A DNA stretch of 64,000 bases from Spirochaetaceae bacterium (lineage in GTDB: Bacteria > Spirochaetota > Spirochaetia > DSM-2461), in NCBI GenBank assembly GCA_051531975.1, contig JAOPTT010000009.1, positions 384,001 through 448,000 on the forward strand, given 5' to 3'. Positions 20,937 to 30,658 of the stretch are shown piece after piece. Below the pieces are notes generated by a model. The model saw only the letters and a list, made by a program, of their open reading frames with translations, had not been told where the DNA came from and made no database searches. Position 1 is the stretch's first letter. Each line of letters starts with the position of its first letter. Both the position numbers and the translations under genes were made by a program.

Positions 20937-23900
20937 ATGATAATGAGAATTAAAGCGATAATTTTAGGAATATTTTTAACAGTTATAGGTAATTTATATG
21001 CAGCCGAAGTCAGTATTGTTCCATCTAGTTTTCTACGAAACTGGGACCCTATAACAGTCTTTTATAGTTCAGATATAGGCCCAGATTTAGGAGGTCCACT
21101 AGATGATCCAACTGAGTTTATAAAGATAGAACCTAAACACCCTGGGGAATATAGATGGATAGATTCTAGAACTTTACAATTTAATCCAACAATTCCATGG
21201 CCACCACTATCAAATTATAAGATAACGTCTAATAAAACTACTCAGTTTTTATCAACACTAATGGTTCGGCCAAGTAGGGTTAACCCAAGTAACGGTTCTA
21301 AAAATCTTAAACCTGTAGACAGTATAACTTTAACTTTTAGTTCAGAAATTAAAATTGAACAACTAAGACAAATTACAACATTAGAAGTTAGGCCTTTACC
21401 AGGAGTTGGGGATGATAAAATATATACTATTAGTTCAAAAGATTTTGTAATTACTAGGGAAGAAGGTAACTCTAATAGCTTTGTATTTAGATTAAAACTA
21501 AATAAACCAATACCATACGGAAAAAGTATTAGTTTAAAACTTGCACTGTCCACCGATAGTTCAATAGAGGGTGGAGCCGCAATATATAAATTTTCTACAA
21601 AAGATGATTTTAGAATAGTTTCAATGGGTTCAGGGTATAACTCATATCCTATTTCAAGTAGTGGAAGTGTCTATAACCAGTCCCAGAGTATCAATTGTGG
21701 AACAGGGAATTCTCCACTGTTTATTGAATTTTCAGAAAGACCTGGAAAATTAAATATAGACGATGTTAAAAAACTAGTAAGTTTTGAACCATCTGTTTCT
21801 AAGTTCTCATTTTCTCAAGCAGGGAATAGAATCTATCTTAATTTTAATGTTGATAAAGAGACACCATATAAATTTACTATAAACGACTATAAAATCAAAA
21901 GTAGTTCAGGGCGGAATCTTGCAAAATTAGGAAAGACATCTCTCTATTTTTATTATCAAAATTTATCCCCATATATAAAGTGGAAAAAAGGTCAGGTTAT
22001 AACTGAGAAATATGGACCAAAATTCTTTCCTATGGAGGGAAGAGCAACAGACACTGTTGACCTTCGGATATATAAAATTGATTCTGGAGACAGAAGATTT
22101 TGGCCATTTCCAAGTAGACCGGTAGTTATTAATGAGGATAAATCCCCATTAATGCCTGGGGAAGATGAATATGCAAGATCCATTGAGGATCATATCAAGC
22201 TATTAAAAGCTCCTCCTGTATCCTTAGTAGTTCCACTACCAATAAGTAAAAACTCTGGTAAGACAGCATTTGGACTAGACTTAGAGGAGTATTTTACCTC
22301 AATATCAGGAAAAAATGCCCCAGGTACATATTTAGTTGGTTATAGAACTCTAGGTAGTAGTAGAGAGAGAAATTATGTAAAAGTTGTTGTGACAGATTTA
22401 AGCTTTACCACAATAGAAGAGGAGGGGGGAGCAAATCTAATAGTTACCTCCCTTGATAGTGGACTGCCTGTAGACGGTGCAACTATAACACTTGAAAGCT
22501 ACATCTATAATAAAGACACTGATGAAAGTACATGGGAATCTCAGTTAAGAGGAAAAACAGATTCAGATGGGCAGTTTTATCTAAACCATACGAAGAAGTT
22601 TAAAAACAGTATAGGACGAATAAAAATAACTAAAGATGATGACATTCTTATATTAGATACAAAGACTCCTCCTCCATCCTTTAGTGGAAACCACTGGTAC
22701 AGTAGAAGTGGGAAATGGCTTGGTTGGTTAACAAATAGTCCAAGGGATAATAAATCGGAGGGTAGAGTAAAGGGTTACATTTTTACAGAGAGACCAGTTT
22801 ATAAACCAAACGAAGAAGTTCATATATTAGGGTATGTAAGGTATCGAGAAAAGGGATTAATTAAAAAAGACACAAGTAAAGATTCAGAAAAGATTCTTTC
22901 TATATATGGTCCTGGAAATAAAACATGGGACTACCCTATTGTAATGGAAGGCAATGATCAGTTTTACCACCTTTTTAACGAAAAAGATCTGCCAACAGGG
23001 CACTACAGTGCTTCAATTAAAAATAAAAAGAGTGGATCAGTTTTAGCCTCAGTTCATTTTAAAAAAGAGGCTTATAGAGTTCCTAAATTTGAGATCAATT
23101 TAACTGGTCCAGATAAAGTACCTGCAGATAAACCATTCCAGGTGGAACTTATTGCTGACTATTATGCTGGTGGCCGGGTCGTTGCACAAAGTGTTAGTTG
23201 GAATGTTACCAAGTACCCATATTTTGCTACTAGTAAAAATTATCCAGGCTTTGAATTTGCAACAGATGAAAGATTCTCTGGTTACTCTAGATACTCATCT
23301 ATTGGTAGTAACTACCATAGAAATAAAACCGATGCCAATGGTTCTGCAAAGTTAAAGTTGAATCCACAAGCTGAGAATGGAATATCCGCACTAAGATATT
23401 TAATAGAAGCTACTGTTAGAGGTGCAGATTCCCAGACTGTAACAGATAGTAAAGAGGTCGTTGCACTTCCTCCATTTTCATTAGGTTTAAAAGTAGATAA
23501 GTTTATAAAAGACAAAAACGAGATTGCTGCCGAGGTTATACTTCTAGATTTTAACGATAAGCCATTAGAGGGTAGAGAATTTACCCTTAGATTATATAAA
23601 AGAGAGTGGCACTCATATCTATCAGAAACGGACTTTACTACAGGTGAAGCAAAATATATAAGCGATGTTGTAGATGATAAAATATTAGAAAAAGTCTATA
23701 AATCTACCGGGGATGAAGCTACAAAGATTTTATTAGAAACAGAAGAATCAGGTGTTTATCTACTGGAGATTTTAGCCACAGACGATTTAGGCCGGCTACA
23801 AAAAATTAAGTCAGACTTCTATGTAACTGGAGATACTCCAACAAGCTGGGAGAAAACTAAATCTAATGTATTTGATACTATTTTAGATAAAAAGAATTAC

Positions 23901-26639
23901 AACCCAGGGGACGAGGTAACAATGTTACTTAAAAGTCCATTCCAAAGTGCAAATGCTTTAGTTATTGTGGAAACTCCAACTGAGAATTTATACCACTGGG
24001 TTCCTATAGAAAATGGACAGGGAATATTCAAATTAAAAATTAAAAAAGATATGGTTCCAGGAGTTCCTGTTTATACACTGTTAATGAGAGGACGAATCCA
24101 AGGTTCTGGTATTAAAAACTTTATAGATAGAGGTAAACCAATATCTATGGGAAATACCACCTGGATAGATGTAAACCCAGAATCTAACCAGTTAAAAGTT
24201 AATGTGAGCCATCCTAAAGTAGTCCTTCCAGGCTCGACTATAAAAATGGATATAACCCTAGAGGATTCTTATGGGAATCTAAAAAATGGGGATGTTGCAC
24301 TATGGCTTGTAGATAGAGCTGTCTTAGCTCTTGGTGATGAACAAAGACTCGCACCATTAGATGCTTTTATAGATCCTGTTTATAGTTTTTTATCAATTAG
24401 AGATATTAGAAACAGTGTCGTTGGAAATCTAACTGTAGAAGAATTATCAGGTGGTGGTGGTTCTGAGAGCATGGCAAAAATGGCAGAGATGGCATTGGCT
24501 AAAAAAAGTCTATTAGATAATAAAACAGTTAGAAAAAACTTTAAAACTGTGGCTTATTATAATAAAAGAATACAGGTTAGAAATGGTAAAGCTACAATAA
24601 CTATAAATCTACCAGATAACTTAACAGATTTTGCAATTAGAGCAGTAGCAGTTTCTGGATATGACAAATTTGGTACTACAAAATCCGTACTCTCTGTAAG
24701 ACTCCCTGTAATTATACAGAGTGCTATACCTAGATTTGTAAGACCTGGTGACTCTATGGTTGCAGGTGGAATTGGCCGGATAGTTGAAGGGCCTAATGGT
24801 GACGGAATAGTTCAGATTCAATCAGATGATCTATTGTTAAATGGAAATAAACACTCTATTACAGAGGCTGTTGAACTAAGTAGAGTTCCTAATAAACTCT
24901 TTTATCAGATAGATGTTCCTAAAACCCTAACAGATAAAGCAACTATTGAATTTAAAATGGCAATAGAGCGAACTTCAGATGCAGCTGGTGATGCTTTCTT
25001 GGCTGAACTTCCAGTAAGTTATCTTAATATGAAAGCTTCCAAAGATGGATTCTATGATCTAGAACAAGGTGATACTATAAAATTCCCATACCCTAATACG
25101 TCTGTAAAAAAAAGCTCTGTTTCCCAAATAGCATTTGTCTCAGATAACCAATCAATAATAACTATGTTTCAAGGTTTACAGCTATTAGAAGAGTATCCCC
25201 ATGGTTGTTTAGAGCAGCGTATTAGTAAACTATATCCACTATTAGCAATGGAGAATATACTATCAGATTTTGATCTACCAGATAGTTATAAAGTAGATAA
25301 CAACAGTATTAACTCATTTTTAATATACCTGGCTTCTGTACAATCTAAAAATGGTCTATATAGCTTCTGGCCAGGTTCAACTACCTATGTTGGTCTAACA
25401 GCTTATACCATGGAATTTCTTACTTTATTAAAAGAAAATGGTTATTCAGTTCCTGAAAATATACTAAAAAGTACAGCAGATTCTTTAAAGAGTTCTTTAA
25501 GATCTGATTCAAGATATCTAATTTCAGAATACTCCCTTAGAGAGAGAATAGATGCTTTTAGTGCCCTGTCTAATTATGGATATTTTGATAAGAATTATGC
25601 CTCGGATCTATTAAATAGTGCTAAACAATCAGACCTATATAACAAAGCTAAAATGGTTATAGCCTATTATCAAAATGGTAGAGGTTCCGATAAAAAAGTT
25701 AAAGAATTGGTTTCCCAGCTATGGACAGCAACAACTTTTAAAAGAATTGGGAAAAAAGAGGTCTTTGACGGTCTTCAGTATAAAAACCGAATCTGGGGTG
25801 GAATTATAATCAGTAGTGAGATAGATACTCTCTCTAAAGTGATAAAAGCCTTAAATTTAGCAGATCCTAAAAATGATAAGCTAGAATTAATGGTAGATTA
25901 TCTAGTTAAAGAAGGTGGTGGTAACGGCTGGGGTAGTACTAAAGCTACAAGTTCAGCACTTCTGACATTAAAAGATAGTATAACTACAGAATATAAAAAA
26001 TCTAGATCTAGCTTCTCTGTAAATAGTGATAAGACTGATATTAAATCATCCTTAAATGTTGTAACCCTAAAAGAAGATGATAGAGGAACATTTACATATA
26101 ATAAGGGTAAAGATCCTCTCTATGTATGGTTACAAACTAGGTATCACATAGCTGAGAATGTGAGAAATCTAAAACAAGAGAGTACTGGGTTTTTAGTATC
26201 ATCGGAACTTATGCCAATAATTAATGTTACTGAGTACGATAAACGAATTAAAGTAGATGCTGGTAAAACTATAACTCTAAATAGGGATGATGTTGTAGAG
26301 CAGCATGTTACTGTAATTAACTCGGAAACTAGTAACTATGTAGCAATTACAATTCCACTAGCAGCTGGTTTTGATCCACTAAATCCAGAATTATTAACAT
26401 CTCCACCAGAAGCAAAACCAACAGGTAAGATAACTAGAAAACCTAGTTATGCAATGTATTTAGACGATAAAGTTATCTACTACTACGATAATTTACCAAA
26501 AGGTACATATAATTTTTACTTTAGACTTAGAGCTACAACCCAGGGGGAGTTTTTCCTACCTCCATCTTATGCAGAGAAAATGTATCAGATGTCATATCGA
26601 GGAATGTCTAATGCTGGAGTTATAAATATTGAGCAATAA
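20937..26639 (+). CDS. Bacterial alpha-2-macroglobulin (thioester type)
   Basis: MG2 motif FTERPVYKPNEEV, LPDNLT, PRFVRPGD, thioester motif YPHGCLEQ, GWGST, AEKMY; followed by pbpC. Confidence 0.93.
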   Translation: MIMRIKAIILGIFLTVIGNLYAAEVSIVPSSFLRNWDPITVFYSSDIGPDLGGPLDDPTEFIKIEPKHPGEYRWIDSRTLQFNPTIPWPPLSNYKITSNKTTQFLSTLMVRPSRVNPSNGSKNLKPVDSITLTFSSEIKIEQLRQITTLEVRPLPGVGDDKIYTISSKDFVITREEGNSNSFVFRLKLNKPIPYGKSISLKLALSTDSSIEGGAAIYKFSTKDDFRIVSMGSGYNSYPISSSGSVYNQSQSINCGTGNSPLFIEFSERPGKLNIDDVKKLVSFEPSVSKFSFSQAGNRIYLNFNVDKETPYKFTINDYKIKSSSGRNLAKLGKTSLYFYYQNLSPYIKWKKGQVITEKYGPKFFPMEGRATDTVDLRIYKIDSGDRRFWPFPSRPVVINEDKSPLMPGEDEYARSIEDHIKLLKAPPVSLVVPLPISKNSGKTAFGLDLEEYFTSISGKNAPGTYLVGYRTLGSSRERNYVKVVVTDLSFTTIEEEGGANLIVTSLDSGLPVDGATITLESYIYNKDTDESTWESQLRGKTDSDGQFYLNHTKKFKNSIGRIKITKDDDILILDTKTPPPSFSGNHWYSRSGKWLGWLTNSPRDNKSEGRVKGYIFTERPVYKPNEEVHILGYVRYREKGLIKKDTSKDSEKILSIYGPGNKTWDYPIVMEGNDQFYHLFNEKDLPTGHYSASIKNKKSGSVLASVHFKKEAYRVPKFEINLTGPDKVPADKPFQVELIADYYAGGRVVAQSVSWNVTKYPYFATSKNYPGFEFATDERFSGYSRYSSIGSNYHRNKTDANGSAKLKLNPQAENGISALRYLIEATVRGADSQTVTDSKEVVALPPFSLGLKVDKFIKDKNEIAAEVILLDFNDKPLEGREFTLRLYKREWHSYLSETDFTTGEAKYISDVVDDKILEKVYKSTGDEATKILLETEESGVYLLEILATDDLGRLQKIKSDFYVTGDTPTSWEKTKSNVFDTILDKKNYNPGDEVTMLLKSPFQSANALVIVETPTENLYHWVPIENGQGIFKLKIKKDMVPGVPVYTLLMRGRIQGSGIKNFIDRGKPISMGNTTWIDVNPESNQLKVNVSHPKVVLPGSTIKMDITLEDSYGNLKNGDVALWLVDRAVLALGDEQRLAPLDAFIDPVYSFLSIRDIRNSVVGNLTVEELSGGGGSESMAKMAEMALAKKSLLDNKTVRKNFKTVAYYNKRIQVRNGKATITINLPDNLTDFAIRAVAVSGYDKFGTTKSVLSVRLPVIIQSAIPRFVRPGDSMVAGGIGRIVEGPNGDGIVQIQSDDLLLNGNKHSITEAVELSRVPNKLFYQIDVPKTLTDKATIEFKMAIERTSDAAGDAFLAELPVSYLNMKASKDGFYDLEQGDTIKFPYPNTSVKKSSVSQIAFVSDNQSIITMFQGLQLLEEYPHGCLEQRISKLYPLLAMENILSDFDLPDSYKVDNNSINSFLIYLASVQSKNGLYSFWPGSTTYVGLTAYTMEFLTLLKENGYSVPENILKSTADSLKSSLRSDSRYLISEYSLRERIDAFSALSNYGYFDKNYASDLLNSAKQSDLYNKAKMVIAYYQNGRGSDKKVKELVSQLWTATTFKRIGKKEVFDGLQYKNRIWGGIIISSEIDTLSKVIKALNLADPKNDKLELMVDYLVKEGGGNGWGSTKATSSALLTLKDSITTEYKKSRSSFSVNSDKTDIKSSLNVVTLKEDDRGTFTYNKGKDPLYVWLQTRYHIAENVRNLKQESTGFLVSSELMPIINVTEYDKRIKVDAGKTITLNRDDVVEQHVTVINSETSNYVAITIPLAAGFDPLNPELLTSPPEAKPTGKITRKPSYAMYLDDKVIYYYDNLPKGTYNFYFRLRATTQGEFFLPPSYAEKMYQMSYRGMSNAGVINIEQ

Positions 26640-28965
26640 AAGGGTTCTCTTATTACCCTTTTTTATAGCATTAATAATTATACTGGTTCAGTTTATATAC
26701 ATAACCAGTATATCTACAATTAAAGATTATATATCAACTCCAATAATAGAGGACGATAGAGGGGCATATTTAACTGAAGGTGATGGTTCATTAAGGGATT
26801 ATGGATATTGGATCCTAGAAGATACTAAAAACTTGAGAGTTAAAGACTCAATTATAGCTATTGAAGATAAAAGGTTTTTTAATCATTTTGGTCTAGACTT
26901 TAGAGCTATATTTAGAGCTATAAAAGAGAATGTTGTAAATAAAAATCCCCAGGGTGCATCTACCTTAGCTATGCAAGTAGTGCGAATTCAGGAACAAAAT
27001 TCTAGAACCTTAATAACCAAGATATACGAAACATCAGCGGCATTTTTTATGACTATTAGATATGGCCGGGAAGCTGTATTAAAACAGTATATGACTATAG
27101 TTCCTTTAGGAAAAAGAATTCATGGTTTTTCTTATGGTGCTAGACGTTATTTCCAGAAACCAATAGAGGATTTAAGTTGGGCCGAATCCGCAATTTTAGC
27201 ATCCCTACCTAAAGCTCCAAGTAGAATGAACTTAACTACATATAGAGGTATGGCTCTAGCAAAAGATCGAGGTGAAATTGTTTTAAAAAGACTCTTTGAT
27301 CAAGGCTTTTTAGATGAGGATGTATATACTAGGGAACTTGAAAATCTTAAAGATTATAGAGCTCTAGGTTTAGAAAAAAGACCAACAAACTCCTACCATT
27401 ATCTAATTAGACTTAGTCAAGAACTTAAAAATAGAGAACTGCAAGCTTACACTGGGACTATAAAAACCCATTTTAATACAAAATTGCAACAATACTTAAG
27501 GGATCATGTTTCAACTATCTACGAAGATTTATTAAACAGGGATGCAAATAATGTTGCTATTATTGTTACAAGCAGTAAAGGAGAGGTCCTAGGTTACATC
27601 GGTTCAGAAAATTATTATAATGAAAATGCTGATGGATCGATAAATTATGCTAATAGACGTCGATCTTCAGGGAGTACATTAAAACCTTTTTTATACCTAA
27701 AGGGGTTAGATGATAAAAAGTTTTTTCCAAGTTCAATAGTCGACGATCTACCAATACATATTGTGGATAAAGAGGGTAGTTATATTGCTGCCAATTACGA
27801 CGAGGACTTTTTAGGCCCTATGTTATACCGTAATACTTTAGCAAATAGTAGAAATATCCCATCAGTTAGAATCCTTGAGCAGATAGGACTATCTACAACT
27901 TATAACTATTTTAATAACCTAAACTTTGTGCATAGGGAACGATCTCCTATTTATTATGGTTATGGAATTATTTTAGGGGGTTTATATGTTACTTTAGAGG
28001 ATTTAGTGACAGGTTATGGGTCTATATTAAACGATGGTAAAAAGTTCAATTTAAAATGGTTTAATAACGACGATGATTCAAATGGAGTATCTGTTGGTAG
28101 TGAGTATAATTCAAGATTAATAACTAACTTTTTATCAGATCCAATAGCAAGATTACCATCATTTAAACGACTTGGCTCATTGGAGTATAACTACCCAGTT
28201 GCAATAAAAACTGGGACTAGTCAGGGTTATAGAGATGCCTGGACTATAGCATATTCCAAAGACTATATTACAGCTATTTGGATTGGGCGTAACGATAACG
28301 GTAAAATGAACCACCTCTCTGGTAGTATCGCAGCTAAGTATCTGAAACCAGTAATGAACTATCTACATCCAGACCAGGTTCAAGGGTATAATCAGAAACC
28401 ATTTTTGAAACCTGAATATAGTATCCAGGTCGATATATGTCCATTAAGTGGTCAGATAAAAGGTCCAAACTGTCCCAATAGTACAACAGAACTTTTTAGA
28501 GAGTCGGAAGCCCCAATAGATATATGTCCTGTTCATATTTCCCTAGCTATAGATATTAGAACTGGAACTTTAGCAAATCACAGAACACCAATAGATAAAA
28601 TTCAGAGTAGACCATTTACAAAACTACCTTCAAGGTATGCTGTTTGGAGCTCAAAAAACAATTTAAAACTACCTGTAATAGAGTCTTCAGAGATATTTTC
28701 AGAGTCTACTATTAAAATTACGGAACCAAAAAATGGAGCAAGGTACATTTTTGACTATGAAACCCCAGCTAGGTTTCAAACTATTCCAATAGTTGCAGAT
28801 GTTAAACCTAATGTCCCAGAGATAGAGTGGTATATCAACGATAAGTTATATAAAAGTGAAACATATCCCTATAAAATACGATTCCCACTAAGCCCTGGTG
28901 AATACAAAATTGAGGCTGTAGCAGATACAGTTAAAAGTAATATTGTAACTATTTATGTAGAATAG
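26629..28965 (+). CDS. pbpC: Penicillin-binding protein 1C
   Basis: Transglycosylase motifs EDKRF and GASTLAMQ; transpeptidase motifs STLK, SRN and KTGT; C-terminal Ig-like tail; downstream of A2M. Confidence 0.9.
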   Translation: MSNKRVLLLPFFIALIIILVQFIYITSISTIKDYISTPIIEDDRGAYLTEGDGSLRDYGYWILEDTKNLRVKDSIIAIEDKRFFNHFGLDFRAIFRAIKENVVNKNPQGASTLAMQVVRIQEQNSRTLITKIYETSAAFFMTIRYGREAVLKQYMTIVPLGKRIHGFSYGARRYFQKPIEDLSWAESAILASLPKAPSRMNLTTYRGMALAKDRGEIVLKRLFDQGFLDEDVYTRELENLKDYRALGLEKRPTNSYHYLIRLSQELKNRELQAYTGTIKTHFNTKLQQYLRDHVSTIYEDLLNRDANNVAIIVTSSKGEVLGYIGSENYYNENADGSINYANRRRSSGSTLKPFLYLKGLDDKKFFPSSIVDDLPIHIVDKEGSYIAANYDEDFLGPMLYRNTLANSRNIPSVRILEQIGLSTTYNYFNNLNFVHRERSPIYYGYGIILGGLYVTLEDLVTGYGSILNDGKKFNLKWFNNDDDSNGVSVGSEYNSRLITNFLSDPIARLPSFKRLGSLEYNYPVAIKTGTSQGYRDAWTIAYSKDYITAIWIGRNDNGKMNHLSGSIAAKYLKPVMNYLHPDQVQGYNQKPFLKPEYSIQVDICPLSGQIKGPNCPNSTTELFRESEAPIDICPVHISLAIDIRTGTLANHRTPIDKIQSRPFTKLPSRYAVWSSKNNLKLPVIESSEIFSESTIKITEPKNGARYIFDYETPARFQTIPIVADVKPNVPEIEWYINDKLYKSETYPYKIRFPLSPGEYKIEAVADTVKSNIVTIYVE

Positions 28966-28979
28966 ATAAAAACTAAAGA

Positions 28980-29063
28980 ATATATCCGTTGGCTAAATTC
29001 ATTACTAATTTTATAAGCTTCAGGTGTCATTCCACTAAATTCATATGCACCTACTATAAAAAA
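28980..29063 (-). pseudogene. Remnant paralogous to the neighbouring 133-aa gene
   Basis: Hand translation FIVGAYEFSGMTPEAYKISNEFSQRI aligns without gaps to TLINLLKFEGATHEAYVIANNFNKRF (10/26 identical). It has no 5' part. Confidence 0.5.
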
Positions 29064-29237
29064 TTAATCTTGTGGAATAAAGATTGCCATTAAAATATAA
29101 GGTATTATTCCAATACCAGAAACTATAAATAGTATTCTAATAATTAGTGGATCTATATTAAAATATTCAGCTAAACCACCACAAACTCCTGCAAATACAC
29201 AACTTCTAGATGATCTAGTTAATTTTTTTGTACTCAT
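29064..29237 (-). CDS. PspC-domain small membrane protein (not in ORF track)
   Basis: 57 aa, MSTKKLTRSSRSCVFAGVCGGLAEYFNIDPLIIRILFIVSGIGIIPYILMAIFIPQD. Has the AGVCGGLAEYF signature, a GGAG RBS, and a TAATG overlap with the upstream stop. Confidence 0.92.
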   Translation of the reverse strand: MSTKKLTRSSRSCVFAGVCGGLAEYFNIDPLIIRILFIVSGIGIIPYILMAIFIPQD

Positions 29238-29638
29238 TATATAATCTCCTCTTTCTTAAACCAATTTAAAGCACCTTCCATAGTATTAAAAACTAATGTG
29301 CTCTCCATAAATGCAAGATGAACTTCTGATTTAGTAATGATCTCTAAAAAATCATTATTTATAACTATTATCCTTTTAATTGCTGGTTTCTCTATGTTAA
29401 ACCTTTTATTAAAATTATTAGCAATAACGTAGGCTTCGTGGGTAGCACCCTCAAATTTCAACAGGTTTATTAAAGTATAATAATCAGTTTTTATATCTAA
29501 AATAGCTTTTTCTAACTCTTTATAATATGCTTTACTACCTTCAACGTTAAAGGAACCAATTAGTATGGAGTTTATTATATTATTTTTAGTTTCAACTTTA
29601 AATTCACCATGTATGTTCATAATTATATGATCCAACAT
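29237..29638 (-). CDS. Small cytoplasmic protein, STAS/SpoIIAA-like
   Basis: 133 aa alpha/beta pattern ending in VFNTMEGALNWF. Confidence 0.55.
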   Translation of the reverse strand: MLDHIIMNIHGEFKVETKNNIINSILIGSFNVEGSKAYYKELEKAILDIKTDYYTLINLLKFEGATHEAYVIANNFNKRFNIEKPAIKRIIVINNDFLEIITKSEVHLAFMESTLVFNTMEGALNWFKKEEII

Positions 29639-29661
29639 CTAACCTCTCTTTTCAAGTAAAA

Positions 29662-30519
29662 TTACCTAAAAAGTGAAGTCATCCCTTTCGATTCTGCTAG
29701 TTTAGCCATTTCTAATGTATAGTTTCTAGTAGGATCGAAATTCTCAGCTGCTTGTATGATTTTAGGGAATATTTTTACCTCTGCAGCTGAATTTATAAAA
29801 CTTCTTTCTAGTTTTAAAACATAACCAATCAAAATATCAATATCATCCTGTTCATCAAATGGCTGGTACCATGTTGAGTAGTTTTGTTTTTTATCCCCCC
29901 ATGGTCCTCGGCATATAGTTTTAATGCACTGAAATGCAAGTTTCTTTTTTAATGCTAAAGCATGTAGTTTATTAAAATCATGTTTATACCCAGGGATCTG
30001 CATTAAAGAGTAGTTATAAGGTAATAAAACAGAGTCAAAATCAAACTCTTTAAGGCTTCTTAGATGCATAGATGGTACAATTAGTTCATGCCCTGTAATA
30101 CCTAAGTTTTTTACAAGGCCCTTCTCTTTTGCTTCAATAAATGCTTCAAGTGCTCCACTTTCGCCATATGTTTGTTGCCAATGTTCTTCATCTATTAACA
30201 AGTGCATCTGCCATAGATCGATATGGTCAGTTTTTAACAGATCTAATGACCTATAAAGTTCTTCTAAAGCTGCTTTTTTACTTCGTTGTTCTGTCTTTGT
30301 AGCTAAGAAAAACTTATCCCTGTGGTGTTTTATCCACGGACCTAATCTAAGTTCAGATTTTCCATAACTTGCAGCTGTATCGATATGGTTAATTCCTTTT
30401 TCAATAACTAACTCCATAGTTTTATCAGCTGTCTTTTGATCTTCATCATAAAATGCCGCAGCACCAAATAGTATTCTAGTTGATAAGTGGTTAGTTTTTC
30501 CGAACTCTAATTTTTCCAT
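29662..30519 (-). CDS. Aldo/keto reductase
   Basis: GINHIDTAASYGKSE, LATK and DLWQMH supply the D-Y-K-H tetrad. Confidence 0.92.
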   Translation of the reverse strand: MEKLEFGKTNHLSTRILFGAAAFYDEDQKTADKTMELVIEKGINHIDTAASYGKSELRLGPWIKHHRDKFFLATKTEQRSKKAALEELYRSLDLLKTDHIDLWQMHLLIDEEHWQQTYGESGALEAFIEAKEKGLVKNLGITGHELIVPSMHLRSLKEFDFDSVLLPYNYSLMQIPGYKHDFNKLHALALKKKLAFQCIKTICRGPWGDKKQNYSTWYQPFDEQDDIDILIGYVLKLERSFINSAAEVKIFPKIIQAAENFDPTRNYTLEMAKLAESKGMTSLFR

Positions 30520-30605
30520 GGATAACTCCTAATATATATAATTTATAGTATATCATATACTTATACCTATTCCCTGACAAAAATTAGCTACTAAATGAGC
30601 ACATC

Positions 30606-30630
30606 ACCAATGATTACCAATGATTACCAA
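30606..30630. repeat. Short tandem repeat, ACCAATGATT x2.5
   Basis: ACCAATGATT ACCAATGATT ACCAA in intergenic DNA. Confidence 0.6.
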
Positions 30631-30658
30631 TAAATTAGTCATACTTAATACATTTTAT

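Noticed and set aside
29055..29090. Apparent frameshift at the end of the PspC-domain gene
   Set aside because: Re-reading gives ATG GCA ATC TTT ATT CCA CAA GAT TAA in frame, so the gene is intact.
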